This document shows positions 45,709-54,708 of a stretch of 64,000 bases of DNA, one piece after another. The position numbers and the translations under genes were made by a program. The stretch is taken from IMG/VR virus record IMGVR_UViG_3300011335_000709, positions 5,506 through 69,505 of that record; one strand, given 5' to 3'. The notes beneath the pieces were generated by a model that was not told where the DNA came from, ran no database searches, and saw only the letters and a list, made by a program, of their open reading frames with translations. Position 1 is the first letter of the stretch. Every line of letters begins with the position of its first letter. Source of the DNA: a virus (Duplodnaviria; Caudoviricetes).

Positions 45709-46071
45709 ATGTCTAAAGAACACGAAGGAACCTCGCATTGTTTTAAGCCGGGAGGCGAACATATGAGCCTAGACGCAATCATTGATACGGATACAATGAG
45801 TAAACAACCGGAATACATGCAAAGAGAGCTTCATAGGGTGCATCAGTTTTACAAACGTGTAACAGATCTGGCAGAAACAAACCATAAAACCGCCTCTACT
45901 CTTGTGGAGGAGAATGGGCGGTTAGAAAATGAGAACGAAGGGCTGAGAGAGTTCTGCCAGGAACTCCTTGGCTCTATGGCAGACCTTGAAGATGAATGCT
46001 CGGGATTCAGACACAAGGTCAGGTCAGCCGTGCTCGAACTACTACCACATCAGAAAGAAGAAAATAAATGA
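45709..46071 (+). CDS. coiled-coil hypothetical protein (start possibly 45763)
   Basis: On the ORF track; heptad pattern. Confidence 0.6.
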   Translation: MSKEHEGTSHCFKPGGEHMSLDAIIDTDTMSKQPEYMQRELHRVHQFYKRVTDLAETNHKTASTLVEENGRLENENEGLREFCQELLGSMADLEDECSGFRHKVRSAVLELLPHQKEENK

Positions 46072-46412
46072 TTGACTTAACTCTTAGAATTGAGAACGAA
46101 GAGGGAACCGACAAAATTAAGGTTGAGGTTCTGCCTTATGATAATGAAGCAAACAATGTGGAGAAAGACGTTCTTACTGGACTTTTTCCTCATGTCGTGA
46201 ATCTTCTTAACGGTTTATTGGGTGGCGAGGGATTCCGTAAAAATGAAAATATTGCTCAACCTATTCCAGAACAAGAATCTTCAATTTTGGATAAAAATGG
46301 AGCACCTACCTCTATCCCCATGACTGAAGAATATCTCCGAAAGAAGGGTTTGATCGAGCCAGAAGAAGGCCCTGAAATCCGAGATAAAGACTCTACTATT
46401 ATTATAGACTAA
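46068..46412 (+). CDS. hypothetical protein (114 aa)
   Basis: ATGA overlap. Confidence 0.65.
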   Translation: MIDLTLRIENEEGTDKIKVEVLPYDNEANNVEKDVLTGLFPHVVNLLNGLLGGEGFRKNENIAQPIPEQESSILDKNGAPTSIPMTEEYLRKKGLIEPEEGPEIRDKDSTIIID

Positions 46413-46708
46413 TGTCTTCTGCCAGTGAACAGCTGGCCGAAGAATTCACCGTGATTCCCTACCCATTCGTGGGTGAGCATCGCGATGCAATCGAGGCTGA
46501 ATATGCAATGTTGCTTAATAGTGGGATAAAACCTACTGAGGTAGCTGATCTTATTCTTCACTCATTAGAAATATTATTAAACAAAAGAAAAATAGCAGAA
46601 GGAACGAACACTTACGATGAAACTACAACTCAAGTGGCGGATATGCTTGGACGCTTGTTGGTTTTTGAAGAAATGTTCTCAAATAAAAAACTTAAAAAAT
46701 CAAAATGA
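46412..46708 (+). CDS. hypothetical protein (98 aa)
   Basis: TAATG overlap. Confidence 0.65.
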   Translation: MSSASEQLAEEFTVIPYPFVGEHRDAIEAEYAMLLNSGIKPTEVADLILHSLEILLNKRKIAEGTNTYDETTTQVADMLGRLLVFEEMFSNKKLKKSK

Positions 46709-48495
46709 ATACATATGCAATTGACTTTGAAACATATTACGACAAGGAGACATCAATCACGACTCTTGGGCAGTGGCATTATTTGCGCAGCCCAGCCTCA
46801 GACATCTACATGGTTGCCATCCAGGGACCAGATGTTGACTACGTAGGTTGTCCTAAAAAAGCCCCGTGGGCCAAGATTGACGGCCATAAATGGGTGGCTC
46901 ACAACTATAGCTTCGACGGCGCGGTGATCGAGAGGTTGCGGGAACAGGGATGTGTTCAATCCAAGCCTGTAGCTTGGGACTGTACTGCAAACCTCTCAGT
47001 TGCCGTAGGTGCTCCACGCAATCTTTTGGGTGCCTCCAGGGAATTGCTAGATCGTCATATCGACAAAGATCCCCGGGACAAAATGCATTCCAAGAAGTGG
47101 AGCGACGTAGAGAACACCGAATTCGGTAAAGAGGTGCTGGAATATGCTCGCCAAGATGCCAAAGCATGTCTCGGTATCTATGAGAAGTTCTCCAACGATA
47201 TGCTTCCGGCTGAGTCAGAGCTGTCCAGGCATACAATTGAGATGGGGTGGCGCGGGATTCAGGTCGACCAAGATGCTGTTTCCGCGGGCATTAAGGCTCT
47301 TCAAAAGGTTACTTGGGAGAGTGAAAACGCTTTGCCCTGGATCGATGAGACGGATGGAGTGGTTCTTTCGACAAAGGCATTTCGCAGGGAATGTGCGAAG
47401 GCTGGCATCCCATGGCCTACTTCGTTGGCCGAGAACTCTGAGGAGTGCGCGTTGTGGGAATCCCAATACGGTGAGCAAGTTCCTTTCGTCGGGATCATGC
47501 GTGACTGGCGCAAGGCGAACTCTTTGCTGGCCAAGCTAAAAGTCATGCAGGGTCGCATCAGGCCGGACGGTACGATGGGTTACGGATTGAAGTATATGGG
47601 TGCTCATACTGGGCGTTGGTCTGGTGACTCCAAGTTTAATGTTCAGAATCTTCCGCGTAATGAAATGTTCGGAGTAGACCTCAGGGGTTGCATCATACCC
47701 CGGCCAGGTAAGAAGTTTGTCATATGCGACTTGGCTCAGATCGAGCCGCGGGTGCTTGCTTGGCTGTCCGGTAATGAAGGACTACTTCAGGCGATCAGGA
47801 ACGGTTACGGCATCTATGAAGCAGCGGCTAAGAACATGGGGTTATGGGATGGCCCGAAAGGGACATTAAAGAAGACTGATGCTCCACTGTATCAGTTGGT
47901 AAAGGCGATGGTGCTTGGCCTCGGGTACGGGGCCGGGGCGAAGAAGTTCGCGCTTATCGCCAAAATGCAATATGGAATCGATATGACGGAGACTAAGTCG
48001 AACATGATCGTCAATGATTTCCGGACTAGGAATCAACCGATCTTGGATTTGTGGAGAAAGTTGGAGGGCGACTTCCAGAGAGCAAAAGCCGACAAGCAGT
48101 TTGAGGTGGGTTTGCCGAGTGGTCGAGTTCTTACCTACCGGAATATTATGTCTCAATGGCCTGACAAGCAGAAGTATGACAAAAGTGGTAAGGCTAGGAA
48201 AGCTGCGTGGACAGCCAGGGTCGAGAGGGGAGGACCGCAGATCCCATTCTACGGGGGGAAGCTGTGCGAGAATCTTGTCCAAGCTGTAGCTCGCGACGTC
48301 ATGGGCGCGGCAGTATTGCGCTTGGAAAAAGCGGGTTGCCCTGTCGTTATGCACATTCACGACGAAGCGGTTTGCGAAGTTGACAATTCAGTTCCGGCTG
48401 GTGAGATTGAACGTCTCATGAGCGTCTGTCCTGAATGGTTGGATGGGTGTCCAATAGGTGCGGAAGCAACAGATGCAGTGAGGTACAAAAAATGA
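46705..48495 (+). CDS. polA: family A DNA polymerase with 3'-5' exonuclease
   Basis: AIDFETY, HNYSFD, TGRWSG, DLAQIEPRV (motif A), KAMVLGLGYG (motif B), HIHDEAV (motif C). Confidence 0.92.
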   Translation: MNTYAIDFETYYDKETSITTLGQWHYLRSPASDIYMVAIQGPDVDYVGCPKKAPWAKIDGHKWVAHNYSFDGAVIERLREQGCVQSKPVAWDCTANLSVAVGAPRNLLGASRELLDRHIDKDPRDKMHSKKWSDVENTEFGKEVLEYARQDAKACLGIYEKFSNDMLPAESELSRHTIEMGWRGIQVDQDAVSAGIKALQKVTWESENALPWIDETDGVVLSTKAFRRECAKAGIPWPTSLAENSEECALWESQYGEQVPFVGIMRDWRKANSLLAKLKVMQGRIRPDGTMGYGLKYMGAHTGRWSGDSKFNVQNLPRNEMFGVDLRGCIIPRPGKKFVICDLAQIEPRVLAWLSGNEGLLQAIRNGYGIYEAAAKNMGLWDGPKGTLKKTDAPLYQLVKAMVLGLGYGAGAKKFALIAKMQYGIDMTETKSNMIVNDFRTRNQPILDLWRKLEGDFQRAKADKQFEVGLPSGRVLTYRNIMSQWPDKQKYDKSGKARKAAWTARVERGGPQIPFYGGKLCENLVQAVARDVMGAAVLRLEKAGCPVVMHIHDEAVCEVDNSVPAGEIERLMSVCPEWLDGCPIGAEATDAVRYKK

Positions 48496-50627
48496 ACCTC
48501 TTTCGTATACCTAATTTGTCGTCGTCGATTGCCAGCTCATGCACACCTTGGGATGGTAATGTAAACCAGCCACCGAGTCTTGAGCCGGAAGTTGCAAAAC
48601 GCTGGGCTGTTCAGAATTCAACTGACGGAATGTTCGTCAGCGGATTCGAAGGTCGTGCCGCGGCTATGCGTGTTACGAGAGATAATCCTCCTGCCAAGAT
48701 GCACGCGTTTATTGCAGACTATGATTGCGAACTTACGTCCGAAGAGTTTATCTCCGGGATTGGGGCTCGCACCAAGGCTGGATTAAAGCCCATGTTTGCC
48801 CACCGCACTCCGAGTGGAGGTGCGCGGGTAATCTGGATGTTTGAGACTCCAATGCAGATTCCAGTTGGCCTGCTACCAGCATTCTTAAAGCGTGTGGCAA
48901 AAGAACTGGGTGCGAAGCGTTTGTTTGCCGGGCTTGATGACAATCATGTTAAGCCAGAGCAATACTATGCTTGGTACTTACCAATGACCAAGGTGGGTGA
49001 TGTCCCTTTAAGGACAGAGACATTATACAGCTGGTTTGCCTCGACGATCGACGCTGACCATAAGTACCGCGGGGAAGGCCCTGTTGAGATCCCGATGGAT
49101 CGTGTACGTAATCGCGTACAGGAAATGTATCCAGACAAGTTGCTTGGGAATCTGGAGGTCAACGGCAGAACCAATGCGTTCTGGACTGCGACTTCAGATA
49201 ATCCTACGGCCTGTGTGGTTACTCCTACCGGTATCGTCAGCTTCTCGCAGGATAAGAGCTTTTATAGCTGGGCTGAAATCCTTGGTGCTGGCTGGGTCAA
49301 AGAGTTTGAGGAGGATCGTCTAGGCGCACCTCTCTCCAACTATTACTTCGACGGCAAGCGGTACTGGAGGCAAGACGGTCGTGGCATCTGGCGCGATACA
49401 GACTCCGAAACTACCCGCAAGGATATTGCGGGTATCTACGGACTGTCTCTTGCCCCAATGCAACGGGGTGGAATGTGTGAAGTCGATCAGACGGTTTTGC
49501 GTGTGCGTGAAACACGACGGGTTGACGATGCCGGTCCAATCCTGTTCAGCAAAGAGGAAGTTGTTTATATGGGCGGGCGTACTGTTCTCAATATCTCGCG
49601 AGTCAAAGTTCTAGAACCTAGGACTGAAGTCTGTGAGAAGTGGGGCGATGGATTCCCTTGGATCGCAAAGTTCCTTGACGGATTCTTTAACCCACACGAT
49701 TCCCTCCAGTACTTCCTAGCATGGCTTCACCACTTCTACGTATCTGCCAAATCAGGAAAGCAGTCACAAGGTCAGGCGATCTTCATTGCCGGTCCGGTGG
49801 GAGTAGGTAAGACGCTTATGGGAACTCAGATTGTATCCAGGCTAATGGGTGGTGGTTGCGACGCCTCGGGGCATATCTCCGGGGAGAGTGAGTTCAACTC
49901 GGAGATGTTTGAGGTGGGTGTGCTCAACGTCGATGATACTATCGCCTCAACTAGCCACGAGAAGCACTTGCTCTTCTCCAACACGGTGAAGAAGTTTGTT
50001 GCCAATCGTCGCCATCGTTACCGCGCCATGTGGAAGAATCCTGCCACCATCGAGTGGTCGGGTAGGGTATTCGTTACATTGAATGACGATCCCGACTCTA
50101 TGCGGGCAGTTCCATACACCGATGCGAGTATTCTGGATAAGCTGATGCTATTCAAAGCCTCGTCCAAGGGTATGGACTTTCCTCATTCTCAGGAACTACA
50201 GCGTATCCTAGATGGGGAACTTCCTGCATTTGCAAGATGGTTGACTGACTTTGAAATTCCAGAAGAACTTAAATGCTCCAATCGGTTTCAAGTTAAGTGC
50301 TACCACCATGCTGACATTCTGGAAGATACCCGGACTACCCATCCTAACCACGCTTTCTCGGAGTTGCTGGACGAATTCCTTATTGGATTCAACCAGGCCA
50401 ACCCAAAAGAGAAAACATGGAAGGGTTCAGCTACCCAGCTACTTAACCAGATGTTGAATGACCAGAGTCTGACCAATCTTACTCGTCATTATGCCTCCAC
50501 ACCGGAGAAGATGGGGCAGCGTTTGGCAAAGTTGATGACAACGAAAGGCATTGAGCGAGTGACCATCCAGGGTAAGGTGCTCTGGAAAATCCCGGTTGAC
50601 TCGCAAGCAGAGCCTGTGGCAGTCTAG
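48492..50627 (+). CDS. primase-helicase (AEP-type primase plus SF3/DUF5906-like ATPase)
   Basis: FIADYD...HRTPSGG.R.IW and IAGPVGVGKT; start reassigned to the ATGA overlap at 48492. Confidence 0.8.
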   Translation: MNLFRIPNLSSSIASSCTPWDGNVNQPPSLEPEVAKRWAVQNSTDGMFVSGFEGRAAAMRVTRDNPPAKMHAFIADYDCELTSEEFISGIGARTKAGLKPMFAHRTPSGGARVIWMFETPMQIPVGLLPAFLKRVAKELGAKRLFAGLDDNHVKPEQYYAWYLPMTKVGDVPLRTETLYSWFASTIDADHKYRGEGPVEIPMDRVRNRVQEMYPDKLLGNLEVNGRTNAFWTATSDNPTACVVTPTGIVSFSQDKSFYSWAEILGAGWVKEFEEDRLGAPLSNYYFDGKRYWRQDGRGIWRDTDSETTRKDIAGIYGLSLAPMQRGGMCEVDQTVLRVRETRRVDDAGPILFSKEEVVYMGGRTVLNISRVKVLEPRTEVCEKWGDGFPWIAKFLDGFFNPHDSLQYFLAWLHHFYVSAKSGKQSQGQAIFIAGPVGVGKTLMGTQIVSRLMGGGCDASGHISGESEFNSEMFEVGVLNVDDTIASTSHEKHLLFSNTVKKFVANRRHRYRAMWKNPATIEWSGRVFVTLNDDPDSMRAVPYTDASILDKLMLFKASSKGMDFPHSQELQRILDGELPAFARWLTDFEIPEELKCSNRFQVKCYHHADILEDTRTTHPNHAFSELLDEFLIGFNQANPKEKTWKGSATQLLNQMLNDQSLTNLTRHYASTPEKMGQRLAKLMTTKGIERVTIQGKVLWKIPVDSQAEPVAV

Positions 50628-50652
50628 AAGGCCACGCAAGAAAGGACAAGTT

Positions 50653-51156
50653 ATGGAAGAATCCAAAGAAATAGCCAATACATTGGCCGAAGCTTATCAA
50701 TTAAATTTAAGTTCCGGTCTATGTAACAACAACATCACTGTTAAGGAATCGTCGATTCCGGGGGCCGGTTTGGGTGTTTTCGCCAAAACCGATTTCGCGG
50801 TCAATGACATCATTGAGTTTTGTCACTCTGTAGTTTTAGACTGGAGGTCAAGGTACGTACAGATTCCAAAAATAAAGCAGTACTCTTACAACCATACATG
50901 CCCCTGTGAAGATTGTAAGAAGCACGGAGGATATATTGTTATACCTTCTGGGTATGGGATGATATATAATTCTGCCAATTCAGACGAAGAGAAAAATGCA
51001 AGATACGTCGTTTTGTCTGGTTTAAAGTTGGTGGCGTTCGGGGCCGTAAAAGAAATTAAGGCTGGTGAAGAAATTCTTACTTGGTGGGGACAACCTTATT
51101 TTGATACTTGGTGTAAGAAAAAACAGGAGGAAGAGAAAAAATGCGAGCTGTCCTAA
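50653..51156 (+). CDS. SET-domain protein (non-canonical active-site motifs)
   Basis: VKESSIPGAGLGVFA, GYGMIYNSAN, AVKEIKAGEEILTWWG. Confidence 0.8.
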   Translation: MEESKEIANTLAEAYQLNLSSGLCNNNITVKESSIPGAGLGVFAKTDFAVNDIIEFCHSVVLDWRSRYVQIPKIKQYSYNHTCPCEDCKKHGGYIVIPSGYGMIYNSANSDEEKNARYVVLSGLKLVAFGAVKEIKAGEEILTWWGQPYFDTWCKKKQEEEKKCELS

Positions 51157-51560
51157 GACTTGTTGTTCTGGCGCTTTGCGTCGGAGTCTTTTTGCCGAGC
51201 CAAGCGGCTAATGTGCAGATAGAGGAACAACCGCCCAAGAAGCCGGCGAAGAAGTTAAAAGTAAGACTTACGGCGTACTGGTGCGGGCAAGATCCGGATA
51301 CCTCCAGGTTTAGATCCTCCACGGGATATACTTTGAAATCAGGAAGATCCTGCGCAGTTGATCCGAAGATTATTCCCTACGGTAGTACTGTCGTGGTTGA
51401 CGGGAAAGAATTTAAAGCCATCGACACTGGAACTGCGGTTGTCGCAAAGAAAGCATCGCGCGGGAGACTTCCAGTTGTGGATCTTTTTTTTAAAACAGAA
51501 CGGCAGGCTATGATTGCGTTAAACAACATGCCTACGCATCCATGGGTGGAAATAAGATGA
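51141..51560 (+). CDS. secreted 3D-domain (MltA-like) cell-wall protein
   Basis: Signal peptide; TAY, AVDPKIIPYGS, AIDTG, VDLFF. Confidence 0.85.
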   Translation: MRAVLRLVVLALCVGVFLPSQAANVQIEEQPPKKPAKKLKVRLTAYWCGQDPDTSRFRSSTGYTLKSGRSCAVDPKIIPYGSTVVVDGKEFKAIDTGTAVVAKKASRGRLPVVDLFFKTERQAMIALNNMPTHPWVEIR

Positions 51561-51823
51561 GTAAAAAAATTTTATCCGCAAAGCGGGTTCCATTGTCCCC
51601 AAAGATTGGGAAACTCCCCGCTATTAAGATCGTGGCGGAACGCAAGGTTGACTATGTAGAATTAGACCTTGACGTGGATGACGCAGCGGTGGCAGTATTG
51701 GCGAAAGCTGGATTGGAAACAATCCGGAATGATAAGGAGGCTTTGGTGAATTACGCGATCGTCAAAGCCCTAAAAGACCTTATCAAAAACGAGAAAGAAA
51801 AGAATGCAAGACACATTGCTTAA
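51557..51823 (+). CDS. hypothetical protein (88 aa)
   Basis: ATGA overlap. Confidence 0.6.
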   Translation: MSKKILSAKRVPLSPKIGKLPAIKIVAERKVDYVELDLDVDDAAVAVLAKAGLETIRNDKEALVNYAIVKALKDLIKNEKEKNARHIA

Positions 51824-51968
51824 GACGTTTCTCGGAGCGGTAGCCGCGTTGCTTGGGGGTGCCATATGTATATTTATAGCCGTGGTTTGGTTTCGGTGTT
51901 GGGAATATTTGCGGTCATTCTTTCGTCGCTTGCGAGCGCAGAAGAAAGGCAAATACTTCCTTCTGTAG
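51804..51968 (+). CDS. small membrane protein (54 aa, MQDTLLKTFLGAVAALLGG...)
   Basis: Read manually; TM helix followed by a basic tail; overlaps the protease 5' end by ~100 nt. Confidence 0.4.
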   Translation: MQDTLLKTFLGAVAALLGGAICIFIAVVWFRCWEYLRSFFRRLRAQKKGKYFLL

Positions 51969-52816
51969 TTAGAATTCAGGTAATCACCCCGAACGGTACC
52001 ATGCGGGGAACGGGGTTTGCGGTTGAAGGTGGTATCGTCACAGCCGCCCACGTAGTCGAGAAATCAAACGAGGTCGATATCCTGTGCGGAGACGGCGACG
52101 ATACGTTGGCTTTTAGTGGCGACGTAATCCGGAAAGATACCTTGCTGGACCTGGCGTTTATCCGCGTTAAGAACGACTTTGACAAAGTGATTGATTTGCC
52201 ACCGGTCAAGTTTGACACGTCATTCCCAGTGAACCCCGGTATCCCTGTTTACGCCATCGGCAATTCTTTGGGATTTACCCGTTCTATTTCCGCGGGCATC
52301 GTATCTGCCTCCGGTAAGAAGTCGGGAGAACGTTTCCTGTATTCCGATGTACTAACCAGGAAAGGCAACTCGGGCGGGCCGCTGGTCAACTCAAAGGGCG
52401 AGGTTATCGCCATTACTCTGGGGACAATCGACTTCAATGTAATAGGAGAAGCTAAGATAAAGGATGCCAATCCTGAGTTTACTTACTGCGTACCGGCTGC
52501 CGATATTGTTGAGTTCCTAGAATCCCATAAGACCAATAGAAAGAACAATGCTTTCGTAGGCGTCCTTGGTAAATCGGTCACCACGGGTTTAGACCACCCT
52601 GGACTTGAGCAAGCCCTCCAGATAACGCGTACAGTGCGTCCCTGTGGCCTCCAGGCAGGCGATGTGGTCTACATGCTGGCAGACCAGCCAATCACCTCAC
52701 AACGCGATATAGTGAGGGTTATACGCACATTACAGCCTGGTACGCTGGTTAAGGCTGATATCCTAAGGAACGGTAAGTTTGAGTCTGTGAACGTTTCTGT
52801 CGCTGAAACTCCTTGA
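51866..52816 (+). CDS. htrA: HtrA/DegP-like trypsin serine protease with PDZ domain and signal peptide
   Basis: Triad TAAHVV / DLAFI / GNSGGPL; PDZ-like GLQAGDVV...LRNGK. Confidence 0.9.
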   Translation: MYIYSRGLVSVLGIFAVILSSLASAEERQILPSVVRIQVITPNGTMRGTGFAVEGGIVTAAHVVEKSNEVDILCGDGDDTLAFSGDVIRKDTLLDLAFIRVKNDFDKVIDLPPVKFDTSFPVNPGIPVYAIGNSLGFTRSISAGIVSASGKKSGERFLYSDVLTRKGNSGGPLVNSKGEVIAITLGTIDFNVIGEAKIKDANPEFTYCVPAADIVEFLESHKTNRKNNAFVGVLGKSVTTGLDHPGLEQALQITRTVRPCGLQAGDVVYMLADQPITSQRDIVRVIRTLQPGTLVKADILRNGKFESVNVSVAETP

Positions 52817-53255
52817 TATAGAGGTGGAAGCACTTCTGCTTTCAGCAAAGAGACTTACGTAGGGTACATGTACGTTTTATAAGTCCTTGATACAGCGATA
52901 GGGTGGGGGGTCGAATGGATGGTGCAATTGATCTATGTGCTTGAGTATTAGGAATCTAGGAATCGAAGGGTGGTAGGGTGGGGGGTGTGGGGGTGGTTTT
53001 GAACTCGTTGTTCCTACAGCTTTGTGTGTGCGGCGTGTGTGTGCAAACACCCGGAACGAGTTGGGATACCCCCACCACCCCCCACCACCCCCACCCTCTC
53101 TTTCTTTATATTTATATATATTAATAATAAACATATACTTACACAAGGACCCAAGGTTAAAAAATTGGGTGGGGGTACCCATTTTTGACCCCCCACCCTG
53201 GGCAACACCCCCACCCTAAATTGTAGCCCTTTAGGGATAAATTAGCCCTTTGAGG
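52817..53255. other. non-coding G/C-tract region with inverted repeat and AT-rich tract (putative replication origin)
   Basis: Multiple GGGTGGGGG copies in both orientations, ~130-nt imperfect inverted repeat (52968-53096), AT-rich 53097-53140. Confidence 0.5.
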
Positions 53256-53414
53256 CTAGTCTACCTTTTTCCAGATCCGACAGTCCTTGTCCAGATCGAG
53301 GGATTTGTTCATGCAGAACTGGTAGAACTTCCAGGACCAAGGATCCCATCCGAACCAAGGAAGCCTAGATGCAATGTCTCCTAACCAATAGAACAAGTAA
53401 CAAAGGGCTCTCAT
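53256..53414 (-). CDS. small Trp-rich protein (52 aa, MRALCYLFYWLGDIASR...IWKKVD)
   Basis: Read manually; promoter 7 nt upstream. Confidence 0.65.
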   Translation of the reverse strand: MRALCYLFYWLGDIASRLPWFGWDPWSWKFYQFCMNKSLDLDKDCRIWKKVD

Positions 53415-53421
53415 GCCCGCG

Positions 53422-53449
53422 ATTGTATTTAACCCTTTACAGAAGTCAA
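53422..53449 (-). promoter_or_regulatory. promoter TTGACT-N16-TACAAT (copy 1 of the duplicated promoter)
   Basis: Shares the exact 17-mer ccctttacagaagtcaa with 54402-54418. Confidence 0.7.
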
Positions 53450-53453
53450 AAGG

Positions 53454-54383
53454 CTATTTGCCCATTCGACGATTAAACTCTGCCTGTGAAATCAAGCCAC
53501 GCTCGTACTGATAAACAGGGTCATCAGGATCCGACGGACCAGCAGAGGGAGGATTGAGGAACTCGTACTTGGGCGCTTCTGCCAAACCACTAGCTAAACC
53601 GGCACCCAACCCCTTCGCCACATTTCCTATTTTTTGGGGTATCCCCGATTTAATTGCTTTTGCAGTTAATTTTGCCGGTTGCTCAAGCATCCCTATTCCT
53701 TTATATAAAGTCTTTTCAACGGGGTTAAGTGTGTCTCCGACGTAATCCTTGGCCTCCATTGCCATACTCAACAGAGCTTTAGGTGTACTTTTATTCTGGA
53801 CAGCCCTCGCCTGAATTTCGCTTGCTATATTTCCTATAGCCGATTTTACCCCAGGTTCGCCCTTACTTTCCAGCCAAGTTAATCTTTCCCAGTTTGAACT
53901 TATGGGTTCTTTTAGTTGTTTACCAACCCGCTGAAAATCATGCGCTTTTTCGTGTCGCAATACACTAGCCTTGTCTTGAGGAGAAAGAGCCTCAGCTATT
54001 TTTATATTTCTTGTTTCCGGGTAATAAGACCCTGAAAAAACGGATTTTGAATCTCTAGATCGTAGTTCTGGTGTTGGAACTTGTTCCACTCCACCCGACT
54101 CCAATTGTGATTTTACAACTTGTCGAAGTTTAGAGTATTTTCCAAGTCCCTTATTTTTATTGTTGGCTAACTCCTCGATAGACTGATTTGCTTTCTCTTT
54201 AGCTTCATTTTGCATCTTGCGGTTAACTCCACCAAGAAATTGCTTGAGAACCGTTGTTGCAGCCTGGTCCTTATCCTGCCCCATAGCCTCCCAAAACTCA
54301 GGAGTATATCTGGCTTTTTCAAAAAATTCCGAAAAAGATGTATTAGAACTGTCAAATAGTGCCGGTGAAGTTGGTTCAGCCAT
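53454..54383 (-). CDS. HExxH (zincin-like) protein, 309 aa, antisense to the replication module
   Basis: GSYYPETRNIKI...LRHEKAH; contains NKNKGLGKY; ends in RRMGK. Confidence 0.65.
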   Translation of the reverse strand: MAEPTSPALFDSSNTSFSEFFEKARYTPEFWEAMGQDKDQAATTVLKQFLGGVNRKMQNEAKEKANQSIEELANNKNKGLGKYSKLRQVVKSQLESGGVEQVPTPELRSRDSKSVFSGSYYPETRNIKIAEALSPQDKASVLRHEKAHDFQRVGKQLKEPISSNWERLTWLESKGEPGVKSAIGNIASEIQARAVQNKSTPKALLSMAMEAKDYVGDTLNPVEKTLYKGIGMLEQPAKLTAKAIKSGIPQKIGNVAKGLGAGLASGLAEAPKYEFLNPPSAGPSDPDDPVYQYERGLISQAEFNRRMGK

Positions 54384-54390
54384 TTGACCA

Positions 54391-54418
54391 AGTGTATTTT
54401 CCCCTTTACAGAAGTCAA
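54391..54418 (-). promoter_or_regulatory. promoter TTGACT-N16-TACACT (copy 2)
   Basis: 7 nt upstream of ATG at 54383. Confidence 0.7.
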
Positions 54419-54525
54419 TCCGGTTGAGACACTATTCGAATGCTATGGGGATTCTTTCTTGGGTTGTTTGTTTATTGGATCTACCACCAAAGCCGTAGAC
54501 GGTGCGGTTGGTGCAGGAGGAAACT

Positions 54526-54708
54526 ATGAAATCAGTAGGACTTACTTTCAGACTGTTTGGCTACATCTTCAACCTCCAGGTCAATCTTTATCGATCTGCG
54601 AACCAAGCCCCCGTATTTCATTACGGTTCGGTATCAAACTTTGGTAAGTGGAAGGTTCCACCCGCGGGGATTAGCAACGAGTACAAGCCAAAAAGAAAAC
54701 GTAAGTAA
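54526..54708 (+). CDS. hypothetical protein (60 aa)
   Basis: AGGAGG RBS before ATG at 54526. Confidence 0.55.
   Translation: MKSVGLTFRLFGYIFNLQVNLYRSANQAPVFHYGSVSNFGKWKVPPAGISNEYKPKRKRK

Noticed and set aside
45039-48495. Z-genome (PurZ) or 7-deazaguanine pathway
   Set aside because: No PurZ, DpdA, QueC/D/E or FolE homolog recognised.
52877-53219. Three ORFs (52877..53182, 53014..53214, 53022..53219)
   Set aside because: Low-complexity translations of G/C and AT tracts (poly-G/poly-P); the region is better explained as non-coding.
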